Source: Escherichia coli
Lineage (GTDB): Bacteria > Pseudomonadota > Gammaproteobacteria > Enterobacterales > Enterobacteriaceae
Length of the DNA: 64,000 nucleotides
Direction: 5' to 3' (one strand)
Assembly: GCF_003334315.1 (NCBI RefSeq)
Contig: NZ_QOWR01000017.1
Positions 51,584 through 64,000 of the stretch are shown one piece after another. The position numbers and the translations under genes were made by a program. The notes below the pieces were generated by a model. That model saw only the letters and a list, made by a program, of their open reading frames with translations. It was not told the DNA's origin and searched no databases. Positions within the stretch are counted from its first letter, which is position 1. Every line of letters starts with the position of its first letter.

Positions 51584-52703
51584 CAGCCAGTACGACCTCC
51601 CAGCTTTCTACCCAATTAATGGCCATTTTTTGGTCGAGAGAGTGGTCAAAGTCAGGGTCGTCTTCATTGAAGAATTCGCTGACCATCACCATCTTGCCAT
51701 TTTCCAGTTCAACAACCGACTCCAGCGTCATGCCTTTGTAGTTACGCTCACGAACGTAACCAATCAGCCCTTCAGCGTGGTTGTCGTCGTTAATCTCTTC
51801 AACACGTAAGTCTTCCGGGCGCAGCAGAACATGCAGTTTTTGCCCCGGTTCAACGGCGAAGTTAACGTAGATATTACATTCGCGGCCTTCAACGTTGGCG
51901 CGTACGCGCTGCTCGTCTAGACGTTCGATGACAGTGGCGTTAAACATATTGATTTCGCCAATGAAGCCGGCAACAAACAGGTTTTTCGGCTCTTCGTAAA
52001 TTTCGCGCGGTGTACCATCTTGCTCAATACGACCCTCGCGCATCACCACAATCCTGTCTGACATGGTGAGCGCTTCTTCCTGATCGTGAGTGACAAAGAC
52101 GAAGGTAATACCAAGCTTACGCTGTAACGCTTTCAGCTCGTTCTGCATTTGCTTACGCAGTTTGTAATCCAGCGCTGAGAGCGACTCATCCAGCAACAAC
52201 AGACGAGGCTTGTTAACCACCGCGCGAGCAATGGCGACGCGTTGCTGTTGACCACCAGAGAGCTGATGCGGTTTACGTTGAGCGAAGGTTTCCAGTTGCA
52301 CCATCCGCAGGGCTTCCATCACGCGGGGCGTAATTTCAGCAGCGGGGGTTTTTTGCATGCGCAACCCAAAGGCCACATTTTCGAACACGGTCATGTGGGG
52401 GAAAAGTGCGTAGCTTTGGAAAACAGTGTTCACATAGCGGTTTTCCGCCGGAACGTGGGTGATGTCCTCGTTATCCAGCATGATGCGTCCGGAATCAACA
52501 GTTTCCAGACCTGCAATCAGGCGAAGAACGGTTGTTTTACCGCAGCCAGAAGGGCCAAGCAGCGTGAGGAACTCGCCATTGTTGATAGTCAGATCCAGCT
52601 GGGGAATGACCTCTTTACCATCAAAGCATTTGCGAATTCCCGCCAATTGCACCAGCGGTGAAAGCGAACTCGGTTGTTTATTCAATTTTTTACTCTGTCC
52701 CAT
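51567..52703 (-). CDS. potA: Spermidine/putrescine ABC transporter ATPase PotA
   Basis: 378-aa ORF; Walker [10 protein letters not shown], signature LSGGQQQR. Confidence 0.95.
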   Translation of the reverse strand: MGQSKKLNKQPSSLSPLVQLAGIRKCFDGKEVIPQLDLTINNGEFLTLLGPSGCGKTTVLRLIAGLETVDSGRIMLDNEDITHVPAENRYVNTVFQSYALFPHMTVFENVAFGLRMQKTPAAEITPRVMEALRMVQLETFAQRKPHQLSGGQQQRVAIARAVVNKPRLLLLDESLSALDYKLRKQMQNELKALQRKLGITFVFVTHDQEEALTMSDRIVVMREGRIEQDGTPREIYEEPKNLFVAGFIGEINMFNATVIERLDEQRVRANVEGRECNIYVNFAVEPGQKLHVLLRPEDLRVEEINDDNHAEGLIGYVRERNYKGMTLESVVELENGKMVMVSEFFNEDDPDFDHSLDQKMAINWVESWEVVLADEEHK

Positions 52704-52952
52704 GTAAACGCAACGGATGGCTTACCGATGCGGGATTTGTGGTTAACCACCTTGGTGACTCTTAATGAGGGCGGTAATTCTACGGCAAACCGCTTGAATC
52801 GCCAATCTTTGTTGTGAATTACTGGCTTAGCTTTATATTCATTAAGGTAATGCTGATAAATATTCCCGCTTGCAGGGGTAAAAGTGACCTGACGCAATAT
52901 TTGTCTTTTCTTGCTTCTTAATAATGTTGTCACAAAAAGTGAGGGTGACTAC

Positions 52953-54182
52953 ATGGATAAACTACTTGAGCGATTTTTGAACTACGTGTCTCTGGATACC
53001 CAATCAAAAGCAGGGGTGAGACAGGTTCCCAGCACGGAAGGCCAATGGAAGTTATTGCATCTGCTGAAAGAGCAGCTCGAAGAAATGGGGCTTATCAATG
53101 TGACCTTAAGTGAGAAGGGCACTTTGATGGCGACGTTACCGGCTAACGTCCCTGGCGATATCCCGGCGATTGGCTTTATTTCTCATGTGGATACCTCACC
53201 GGATTGCAGCGGCAAAAATGTTAATCCGCAAATTGTTGAAAACTATCGCGGTGGCGATATTGCGCTGGGTATCGGCGATGAAGTTTTATCACCGGTTATG
53301 TTCCCGGTGCTGCATCAGCTACTGGGTCAGACGTTGATTACCACCGATGGTAAAACCTTGTTAGGTGCCGATGACAAAGCCGGTATTGCAGAAATCATGA
53401 CCGCGCTGGCGGTATTGCAACAGAAAAACATTCCGCATGGTGATATTCGCGTCGCCTTTACCCCGGATGAAGAAGTGGGCAAAGGGGCGAAACATTTTGA
53501 TGTTGATGCCTTCGATGCCCGCTGGGCTTACACTGTTGACGGTGGTGGCGTAGGCGAACTGGAGTTTGAAAACTTCAACGCTGCATCGGTCAATATCAAA
53601 ATTGTCGGTAACAATGTTCATCCGGGCACGGCGAAAGGAGTGATGGTAAATGCGCTGTCGCTGGCGGCACGTATTCATGCGGAAGTTCCGGCGGATGAAA
53701 GCCCGGAAATGACAGAAGGCTATGAAGGTTTCTATCATCTGGCGAGCATGAAAGGCACCGTTGAACGGGCCGATATGCACTACATCATCCGTGATTTCGA
53801 CCGTAAACAGTTTGAAGCGCGTAAACGTAAAATGATGGAGATCGCCAAAAAAGTGGGCAAAGGGTTACATCCTGATTGCTACATTGAATTGGTGATTGAA
53901 GACAGTTACTACAATATGCGCGAGAAAGTGGTTGAGCATCCGCATATTCTCGATATCGCCCAGCAGGCGATGCGTGACTGCGATATTGAACCGGAACTGA
54001 AACCGATCCGCGGTGGTACCGACGGCGCGCAGTTGTCGTTTATGGGATTACCGTGCCCGAACCTGTTCACTGGCGGTTACAACTATCATGGTAAGCATGA
54101 GTTTGTGACTCTGGAAGGTATGGAAAAAGCGGTGCAGGTGATCGTCCGTATTGCCGAGTTAACGGCGCAACGGAAGTCGTGA
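52953..54182 (+). CDS. pepT: Peptidase T (tripeptide aminopeptidase)
   Basis: ORF 52911..54182; start taken at [18 protein letters not shown] (408 aa); M20 family. Confidence 0.94.
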   Translation: MDKLLERFLNYVSLDTQSKAGVRQVPSTEGQWKLLHLLKEQLEEMGLINVTLSEKGTLMATLPANVPGDIPAIGFISHVDTSPDCSGKNVNPQIVENYRGGDIALGIGDEVLSPVMFPVLHQLLGQTLITTDGKTLLGADDKAGIAEIMTALAVLQQKNIPHGDIRVAFTPDEEVGKGAKHFDVDAFDARWAYTVDGGGVGELEFENFNAASVNIKIVGNNVHPGTAKGVMVNALSLAARIHAEVPADESPEMTEGYEGFYHLASMKGTVERADMHYIIRDFDRKQFEARKRKMMEIAKKVGKGLHPDCYIELVIEDSYYNMREKVVEHPHILDIAQQAMRDCDIEPELKPIRGGTDGAQLSFMGLPCPNLFTGGYNYHGKHEFVTLEGMEKAVQVIVRIAELTAQRKS

Positions 54183-54193
54183 TTGCCCGATGC

Positions 54194-54286
54194 GTATGTG
54201 GACTGCCAATTACCGGGATGAAACCGTTATATTGACACTGGTCCACATACTTATCGTGCCTACAGGCGTTCAGTGCATGTAGGCAC
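54194..54286. repeat. Nested inverted repeats between convergent pepT and roxA (probable bidirectional terminator region)
   Basis: 10-bp perfect inverted repeat gtatgtggac (54194-54203) / gtccacatac (54241-54250), then hairpin gtgcctaca-N13-tgtaggcac (54256-54286). Confidence 0.55.
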
Positions 54287-54327
54287 GATAAGGCGCAATC
54301 AGCGCCACATCCGGCTTAAATCCAAAC

Positions 54328-55449
54328 TTACCCTTCGAAGAACCAGTATCCGCTATTGACCAACGCCGCGAGCATTGCGAGGAATGACGGATCTTCCAGC
54401 GCATCGCCAAAATTCTCCGCGGTCAGCGCAATGTTGCTGGCGAGTGCATCCAGTGCCGGACGGTGCGGGGAATCGATCTTCTCACCATTGGCATACACGT
54501 CGTCGCCAATGCGCAATACGCGCAGACCACCCAGGCGCACCAGCACATCACCTTGTTTCAGCGCATCGTAGATTTCATCTGGCTGATAAGGCGGTTCCGG
54601 CGGCGCGATATCCAGTTCATGACGTGACTGGGATATAAACTCGCCAAACCATTGCTTAAAGTGTTCCGGCTGGTTGATCAATTCGAGCATCATCTCACGC
54701 AGTTTATCCATTTCTTGCGGCAGAACGTCCGCAGGATGAGCGCGAGGTGGAACATCCGGATCGCTGTAGTAGTTGCCGCCCAGTTCACGTTGCAGCACAT
54801 AATCGGCAAATCCGCTAATTAATTCCCGCGTATTTGGCGCGCGAAAACCCACGGAATAGTTCATCGCATTTTCCAGCGCGTAGCCTTCATGCGGGAATCC
54901 TGGCGGAATATAAAGAATATCGCCAGGCTCCAGCTCTTCATCGATGATGGCTTCGAACGGATCGACCTGTAACAGATCCGGGTGTGGGCAGTGCTGTTTC
55001 ATTTGCAGCTTTTCGCCCACTCGCCAGCGACGACGTCCGGTACCCTGAATGATAAACACGTCGTACTGATCGAGATGCGGGCCGACGCCGCCGCCAGGTA
55101 CAGAAAAAGAGATCATCAGATCATCAATACGCCAGTCCGGTAGTTCACGGAACGGTCGCATCAGCGCGGCGGTCGGCTCATGCCAGTGATTTACTGCTTG
55201 CACTAACAATGACCAGTTAGTTTCACCGAGATGATCGTAGCTTTCGAACGGACCGTGGCTGACCTGCCATTTGCCATCCTGGTGACTGACCAGTCGACTG
55301 TCGACTTCGCTTTCCATCGCCAGACCCGCCAACTCGTCTGGAGAGATCGGGTCAATAAAATTATTAAAGCCGCGTTTTAACACCACCGGGCGTTTCTGCC
55401 AGTGACGTTCAAGAAAATCGGGCCAGTTAAGAGTGAGTTGGTATTCCAT
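54328..55449 (-). CDS. roxA: Ribosomal protein uL16 arginine hydroxylase RoxA (YcfD), JmjC/cupin
   Basis: ORF 54328..55458; start taken at MEYQLTLNWPDFLERHW (373 aa). Confidence 0.92.
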   Translation of the reverse strand: MEYQLTLNWPDFLERHWQKRPVVLKRGFNNFIDPISPDELAGLAMESEVDSRLVSHQDGKWQVSHGPFESYDHLGETNWSLLVQAVNHWHEPTAALMRPFRELPDWRIDDLMISFSVPGGGVGPHLDQYDVFIIQGTGRRRWRVGEKLQMKQHCPHPDLLQVDPFEAIIDEELEPGDILYIPPGFPHEGYALENAMNYSVGFRAPNTRELISGFADYVLQRELGGNYYSDPDVPPRAHPADVLPQEMDKLREMMLELINQPEHFKQWFGEFISQSRHELDIAPPEPPYQPDEIYDALKQGDVLVRLGGLRVLRIGDDVYANGEKIDSPHRPALDALASNIALTAENFGDALEDPSFLAMLAALVNSGYWFFEG

Positions 55450-55524
55450 GTTAAGCATCCACAGGCTGGTATCTGCAACCGATTATAACGGATGCTTAAC
55501 GTAATGCGTGAAGTATGGACATAT

Positions 55525-56985
55525 TTATTCATCTTTCGGCGTAGAATGCTGGCGACCAAAAATCACCTCCATCCGCGCACCGCCAAGCATGCTATCTCCG
55601 GCGACGATTTTACCCTCATATTGCTCGGTGATTTCGCGGGCTACCGCCAGCCCCACACCTTGCCCAGGGCGTAAAGTATCAACCCGTTGACCACGGTCGA
55701 AAATGACCTCTCGCTTGCTTAATGGAATACCGGGGCCATCATCCTCGACCACAATATAGAGATGCTCGTCGGTTTGCCTTGCAGAAATTTCGACAAACTC
55801 GAGGCAATATTTACAGGCATTATCCAGCACGTTGCCCATCACCTCGACAAAATCGTTCTGCTCACCGACAAAGCTGATCTCTGGCGAAATATCGAGAGAG
55901 ATATTGACCCCTTTGCGTTGATACACTTTGTTCAGCGCTGAGGTGAGATTGTCCAGCAGTGGGGCGACCGGATGCAGCTCGCGGCTGAGCAATGTCCCGC
56001 CGCGCATACTGGCACGATGCAGGTAGTAGCCAATTTGCTGTGAAATGCGGCTGATTTGCTCCAGCATTACCGGCTCAGCATCACTGACGCTCATCTTTTC
56101 ACTACGCAGAGAACGCAGCGTACTTTGCAGCACCGCCAGTGGCGTTTTCAGACTATGGGTCAGGTCGGTGAGCGTCGTACGGTATTTGTCGTAACGTTCG
56201 CGTTCACTTTTTAACAATCGGTTCAGGTTTCGTACCAGACTGGTCAGTTCTCGCGTTGTGGCTGGATTGAGCAATTCGCGGTTATGTTCTTCCAGTTCGC
56301 GGACTTCTTTTGCCAGGGCTTCGATGGGGCGTAAACTCCACCAGGCGGCGACCCACAGCAGCGGGATCACTAACAGCAGATTGGCTGAGAGCACATAGAT
56401 AAACCAGCTCCAGACCATATAGGAACTTTTTAGCTCCACCGGAATGGTATCCACCACCACAATGGTTAACTTTGGCATTCGCGATGTTGCCGGGTAGACG
56501 TTTACCGCCACCGAGTGGGTCATCTCCGCGTCGTCGTCATCTTCCCGCACTTCCTGCAACTGTTGCTGTATCGAATGATCTCCACTCAGCAAGAGGCTGG
56601 TATCGTTAACATCCGCTTCAATTTCATGAAAACCATTCGATTTCAGCCAGTCAGGCTGGATCATCTTCATCAGCCAGGGCACGTCACGTTGCGCCCATAA
56701 AAGCTGCCCGTTCTCATCATAAATTAGCGTCATGGTGGGGCTTTGCTTGTCGATATTTTCTGGTAACTCGACATGCAACTTATTGTTTTCCCACTTCGCA
56801 AGGGTATAGAACAGATTGCTTTCGCCACGTAACAGCCGAAACGTAGTTTTATCGAAACTGACGCTATAACCGATCAGCGCGACCATTCCGTAGGCAAGCG
56901 AAAGCACCAGTACTACCGCTGCCGTTGCCAACAGAAAACGTACCCGCAGCGAGAGCGGGAAAAAAAGACGCAGTAATTTTTTCAT
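55525..56985 (-). CDS. phoQ: Sensor histidine kinase PhoQ
   Basis: 486-aa ORF; two TM segments flanking a periplasmic domain, HAMP, H-box ([12 protein letters not shown]). Confidence 0.96.
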   Translation of the reverse strand: MKKLLRLFFPLSLRVRFLLATAAVVLVLSLAYGMVALIGYSVSFDKTTFRLLRGESNLFYTLAKWENNKLHVELPENIDKQSPTMTLIYDENGQLLWAQRDVPWLMKMIQPDWLKSNGFHEIEADVNDTSLLLSGDHSIQQQLQEVREDDDDAEMTHSVAVNVYPATSRMPKLTIVVVDTIPVELKSSYMVWSWFIYVLSANLLLVIPLLWVAAWWSLRPIEALAKEVRELEEHNRELLNPATTRELTSLVRNLNRLLKSERERYDKYRTTLTDLTHSLKTPLAVLQSTLRSLRSEKMSVSDAEPVMLEQISRISQQIGYYLHRASMRGGTLLSRELHPVAPLLDNLTSALNKVYQRKGVNISLDISPEISFVGEQNDFVEVMGNVLDNACKYCLEFVEISARQTDEHLYIVVEDDGPGIPLSKREVIFDRGQRVDTLRPGQGVGLAVAREITEQYEGKIVAGDSMLGGARMEVIFGRQHSTPKDE

Positions 56986-57656
56986 CAGCGCAATTCGAAC
57001 AGATAGCCCTGGCCGCGAACGGTGGTAATCACTTCTTGCGGATATTGTGCCTGAATTTTTTTGCGCAGACGTCCCATCAGTACATCAATGGTATGGCTTT
57101 CCCGCAGCTCCGCATCCGGATAGAGTTGGAGCATTAACGAATCTTTGCTCACCACTTTGCCATTATTGCGTATCAACGTTTCCATAATGGTGTATTCGAA
57201 CGCGGTCAGTTTGATCACTTCGTCATTAATAGATAATTCACGGCGAGAGAGATCAACCTGAAACGGTGGTAGCGAAATGACCTGTGAAGCCAGACCGCTA
57301 TTACGCCGCATTAATGCCTGCATTCGCGCCATCACCTCTTCAATATGAAATGGTTTAGTCACGTAATCATCAGCACCAGCACTTAATACTTCGACTTTGT
57401 CCTGCCAGCTTTCACGGGCGGTTAATACCAGAATCGGCAGTGAAACATCATTGCTACGCCAGCGGCGAATCAGTGACAGACCGTCCTCGTCTGGCAATCC
57501 GAGATCGACAATCGCAATATCCGGTAAATGTTCATTGAGATAATAATCGGCTTCTTTGGCATCTTCTGCATCATCGACCTGATGACCAGCATCCTGAATC
57601 TGAACTTTAAGGTGGTGACGTAACAACGCATTGTCTTCAACAACCAGTACGCGCAT
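56985..57656 (-). CDS. phoP: Response regulator PhoP (OmpR family)
   Basis: 223-aa [22 protein letters not shown]...; 1-nt overlap with phoQ. Confidence 0.97.
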   Translation of the reverse strand: MRVLVVEDNALLRHHLKVQIQDAGHQVDDAEDAKEADYYLNEHLPDIAIVDLGLPDEDGLSLIRRWRSNDVSLPILVLTARESWQDKVEVLSAGADDYVTKPFHIEEVMARMQALMRRNSGLASQVISLPPFQVDLSRRELSINDEVIKLTAFEYTIMETLIRNNGKVVSKDSLMLQLYPDAELRESHTIDVLMGRLRKKIQAQYPQEVITTVRGQGYLFELR

Positions 57657-57715
57657 TTTTATTTCTCCCTGTCTTAATTATTAAAATAGTGTAACGCGAT
57701 TATGTGGTTATGGGG

Positions 57716-57733
57716 GTAAACATTAAATAAACC
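57716..57733 (-). promoter_or_regulatory. PhoP box (direct repeat GGTTTA-N5-TGTTTA) in phoPQ promoter
   Basis: Minus-strand reading ggtttatttaatgtttac ~60 bp upstream of the phoP ATG; matches the (T/G)GTTTA direct-repeat consensus. Confidence 0.75.
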
Positions 57734-57823
57734 AGCGGGGAGGGGAGGTAAAGTGAAAAAATAAAAAGCGGATAATCTTAATAAGCAGGCCGGACAGCAT
57801 CGCCATCCGGCACTGATACGAGT

Positions 57824-59197
<1,374 letters not shown>

Positions 59198-59839
59198 TCA
59201 CAACTCCGGGGTTAAATGAGCAAGAATTTGTTTTGCCTGAGTGGTCAGGCGATTACGAGAAAACATCAGTTGCAGACGTCCGCCGCTGACCTGGTGCCAG
59301 AGCACGGCGGCGCGAATGCCTGCCAGCAGGGTTGCGCGAACTTTCGCCTGCACTTGTGGGCTTTGCAGTACAGCAGGGGAACCGGTGACCTGAATGCGCG
59401 GGCCAAGCGGGCTAATCACATCAACATAGATAGCAGCCATCGCGCTCATCAGCGTTTCGGACTGTAAATCGAAGTGTTCGAGCTGGCGTTGCAGGCCGTT
59501 GATCCGGTTGCCCAGAGTGTCGAGCGCGCCTTTCGCTGAGGAGAGTTTGCGCTCAAGCACCATCAAGCTGAGTGTGTAGCGGGTTAATTCGGCGTTTAAG
59601 CCCTGGCGACTGCTGGCATTGAGCACGCCGAGCAGGGTTTCCAGCCCGACGCGCAGGTTGGCTTCGCTACCGCCAAAAACCGCCAGCGTCGAGCTGGGGT
59701 TCATATCAATAATACTGTTGAGTGAGACGTGTAGCGCATCGGCATCACAATGCCCCTGGTGAGCGAGTTGTTGCACCAGGCGTGCCGACTGACAAATACC
59801 GGCCAGGGCGAGGGTGATGTCATAGTAATTCTTTGCCAC
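59198..59839 (-). CDS. hflD: High-frequency lysogenization protein HflD
   Basis: ORF 59198..59845; start taken at the GTG giving (M)[20 protein letters not shown]. Confidence 0.9.
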   Translation of the reverse strand: MAKNYYDITLALAGICQSARLVQQLAHQGHCDADALHVSLNSIIDMNPSSTLAVFGGSEANLRVGLETLLGVLNASSRQGLNAELTRYTLSLMVLERKLSSAKGALDTLGNRINGLQRQLEHFDLQSETLMSAMAAIYVDVISPLGPRIQVTGSPAVLQSPQVQAKVRATLLAGIRAAVLWHQVSGGRLQLMFSRNRLTTQAKQILAHLTPEL

Positions 59840-59874
59840 GTTCACTGCTTCCTTGTTTTAAGTAAAGATAATAA

Positions 59875-61496
<1,622 letters not shown>

Positions 61497-61505
61497 TTTG
61501 CATCC

Positions 61506-62159
61506 TTAATCTGTCACTTCTCGCCATTCGCCATTGGCAAGATTATCCAAAGAGTAATCTCCCATCGCATAGCGAATCAGTCGCAGCGTAGGGAAACCAA
61601 CATGGGCGGTCATGCGGCGCACCTGGCGATTACGTCCTTCATATAAGGTGATCTTCAGCCAGCTGGTGGGAATACTTTTGCGTTCACGAATTGGTGGATT
61701 CCGCGGCCATAACCACGCGGGTTCGTCAACCAGCTCCGCGCCTGCGGGCAGGGTAGGGCCATCATTTAAGGTTACGCCATTGCGCAAGGCTTCAAGTGCG
61801 TCTTGTGTGGGAATACCTTCCACCTGCACATAATAGATTTTTCCGGTGCGTTTACCCGGCTGGGTTAAACGCGCCTGCAACGCGCCGTTATTGGTCAGCA
61901 CCAGCAACCCTTCGCTATCGCGGTCAAGGCGACCTGCTGCATAAACGCCCTGAACCGGGATGAATTCTTTTAATGTTTTGCGTCCGGCTTCATCGGTGAA
62001 CTGCGGAAGAACATCGTAGGGTTTATTGAAGAGGATCACACGCGTGGGCTGGTTTTCAGGTTTACGCCTGGTAGAACGTTGCGAGCTGAATCGCTTAACC
62101 TGGTGATTTCTAAAAGAAGTTTTTTGCATGGTATTTTCAGAGATTATGAATTGCCGCAT
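61506..62159 (-). CDS. rluE: 23S rRNA pseudouridine synthase RluE
   Basis: 217-aa ORF; RsuA-family motif ([14 protein letters not shown]). Confidence 0.92.
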
Positions 62160-62330
62160 TATAGCCTAATAACGCGCATCTTTCATGACGGCAAACAATA
62201 GGGTAGTATTGACAAGCCAATTACAAATCATTAACAAAAAATTGCTCTAAAGCATCCGTATCGCAGGACGCAAACGCATATGCAACGTGGTGGCAGACGA
62301 GCAAACCAGTAGCGCTCGAAGGAGAGGTGA

Positions 62331-63581
62331 ATGGAAAGTAAAGTAGTTGTTCCGGCACAAGGCAAGAAGATCACCCTGCAAAACGGCAAACTCAACGTTC
62401 CTGAAAATCCGATTATCCCTTACATTGAAGGTGATGGAATCGGTGTAGATGTAACCCCAGCCATGCTGAAAGTGGTCGACGCTGCAGTCGAGAAAGCCTA
62501 TAAAGGCGAGCGTAAAATCTCCTGGATGGAAATTTACACCGGTGAAAAATCCACACAGGTTTATGGTCAGGATGTCTGGCTGCCTGCTGAAACCCTTGAT
62601 CTGATTCGTGAATATCGCGTTGCCATTAAAGGTCCGCTGACCACTCCTGTTGGTGGCGGTATTCGCTCTCTGAACGTTGCCCTGCGCCAGGAACTGGATC
62701 TCTACATCTGCCTGCGTCCGGTACGTTACTATCAGGGCACTCCAAGCCCGGTTAAACACCCTGAACTGACCGATATGGTTATCTTCCGTGAAAACTCGGA
62801 AGACATTTATGCGGGTATCGAATGGAAAGCAGACTCTGCCGACGCCGAGAAAGTGATTAAATTCCTGCGTGAAGAGATGGGGGTGAAGAAAATTCGCTTC
62901 CCGGAACATTGTGGTATCGGTATTAAGCCGTGTTCGGAAGAAGGCACCAAACGTCTGGTTCGTGCAGCGATCGAATACGCAATTGCTAACGATCGTGACT
63001 CTGTGACTCTGGTGCACAAAGGCAACATCATGAAGTTCACCGAAGGAGCGTTTAAAGACTGGGGCTACCAGCTGGCGCGTGAAGAGTTTGGCGGTGAACT
63101 GATCGACGGTGGCCCGTGGCTGAAAGTTAAAAACCCGAACACTGGCAAAGAGATCGTCATTAAAGACGTGATCGCTGATGCATTCCTGCAACAGATCCTG
63201 CTGCGTCCGGCTGAATATGATGTTATCGCCTGTATGAACCTGAACGGTGACTACATTTCTGACGCCCTGGCAGCGCAGGTTGGCGGTATCGGTATCGCCC
63301 CTGGTGCAAACATCGGTGACGAATGCGCCCTGTTTGAAGCCACCCACGGTACTGCGCCGAAATATGCCGGTCAGGACAAAGTAAATCCAGGCTCTATCAT
63401 CCTCTCCGCTGAGATGATGCTGCGCCATATGGGTTGGACTGAAGCGGCTGACCTGATTGTTAAAGGTATGGAAGGCGCAATCAATGCCAAGACCGTAACT
63501 TATGACTTCGAACGTCTGATGGAAGGCGCTAAGCTGCTGAAATGTTCAGAGTTTGGTGAAGCGATCATCGAAAACATGTAA
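62331..63581 (+). CDS. icd: Isocitrate dehydrogenase (NADP)
   Basis: 416-aa [43 protein letters not shown]...; SD ggagag upstream. Confidence 0.97.
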   Translation: MESKVVVPAQGKKITLQNGKLNVPENPIIPYIEGDGIGVDVTPAMLKVVDAAVEKAYKGERKISWMEIYTGEKSTQVYGQDVWLPAETLDLIREYRVAIKGPLTTPVGGGIRSLNVALRQELDLYICLRPVRYYQGTPSPVKHPELTDMVIFRENSEDIYAGIEWKADSADAEKVIKFLREEMGVKKIRFPEHCGIGIKPCSEEGTKRLVRAAIEYAIANDRDSVTLVHKGNIMKFTEGAFKDWGYQLAREEFGGELIDGGPWLKVKNPNTGKEIVIKDVIADAFLQQILLRPAEYDVIACMNLNGDYISDALAAQVGGIGIAPGANIGDECALFEATHGTAPKYAGQDKVNPGSIILSAEMMLRHMGWTEAADLIVKGMEGAINAKTVTYDFERLMEGAKLLKCSEFGEAIIENM

Positions 63582-63604
63582 TCTCTCCATGTGTTAAATA
63601 TTGA

Positions 63605-63634
63605 AACGGGCGTATAACACGCCCGTTGTTTTAT
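63605..63634 (+). terminator. Rho-independent terminator after icd
   Basis: aacgggcgtataacacgcccgtt followed by gttttattt. Confidence 0.8.
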
Positions 63635-63796
63635 TTATGTGGATATTATTAATAGCATATCGAGCATATTTATATGAAGCCCATTACTTGAGCCCATATG
63701 GGCATATTTTTATAATGCAACTATTATGTAAACATTTATTTGTTATTTTGCTTTCTCCTGGAGGACACTCTTGACTGCTTTTGAGTAAACTCCATA

Positions 63797-64000
63797 GGTG
63801 ATGCTGCCAACTTACTGATTTAGTGTATGATGGTGTTTTTGAGGTGCTCCAGTGGCTTCTGTTTCTATCAGCTGTCCCTCCTGTTCAGCTACTGACGGGG
63901 TGGTGCGTAACGGCAAAAGCACCGCCGGACATCAGCGCTATCTCTGCTCTCACTGCCGTAAAACATGGCAACTGCAGTTCACTTACACCGCTTCTCAACC
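63797..64000 (+). mobile_element. IS1 insertion sequence, left end (continues beyond window)
   Basis: ggtgatgctgccaacttactgatttagtgtatgatggtg... is the IS1 terminal inverted repeat, followed by the insA start. Confidence 0.93.
63852..64000 (+). CDS. insA: IS1 InsA (transposition repressor), N-terminal part; truncated by window edge
   Basis: GTG start; translation [50 protein letters not shown]... Confidence 0.93.
   Translation, partial: MASVSISCPSCSATDGVVRNGKSTAGHQRYLCSHCRKTWQLQFTYTASQ

Noticed and set aside
52682-52933. 83-aa basic ORF filling the potA-pepT divergent intergenic region
   Set aside because: GTG start without a Shine-Dalgarno sequence; lies in a divergent promoter region; likely spurious, though not strictly excluded.
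62247-63428. 393-aa minus-strand ORF overlapping icd
   Set aside because: Antisense shadow of icd; no independent support.

Overview
This window is a collinear ~64 kb stretch of Escherichia coli / Shigella-type core chromosome, the flgE–icd region, and I find no evidence of a novel or undescribed gene system in it. Gene identities rest on my recognition of the translated ORFs and their conserved order; no database search was run. Gene order: flgE' (3' part)-flgFGHIJKL; rne (minus strand) with its long leader; rluC; yceF; yceD-rpmF-plsX-fabH-fabD-fabG-acpP-fabF; pabC-mltG-tmk-holB-ycfH; ptsG; fhuE; hinT-ycfL-lpoB-thiK-nagZ-ycfP; ndh; ycfJ; comR; bhsA; ldtC; mfd; ycfT; lolCDE-nagK-cobB; ycfZ; ymfA; potABCD; pepT; roxA; phoPQ; purB-hflD; mnmA; nudJ; rluE; icd. 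Every sizeable intergenic gap is explained by promoters, terminators or REP/BIME repeats. The only accessory-type signals are (1) the first 204 bp of an IS1 element starting 215 bp downstream of icd, after a short AT-rich segment, at a locus known as a prophage integration hotspot, and (2) an apparent 1-bp frameshift splitting ycfZ. Other observations are small regulatory features: a near-consensus sigma70 promoter abutting the yceD start codon, a perfect CRP-type palindrome between comR and bhsA, and nested inverted repeats between pepT and roxA. No tRNA, rRNA or CRISPR array was seen.
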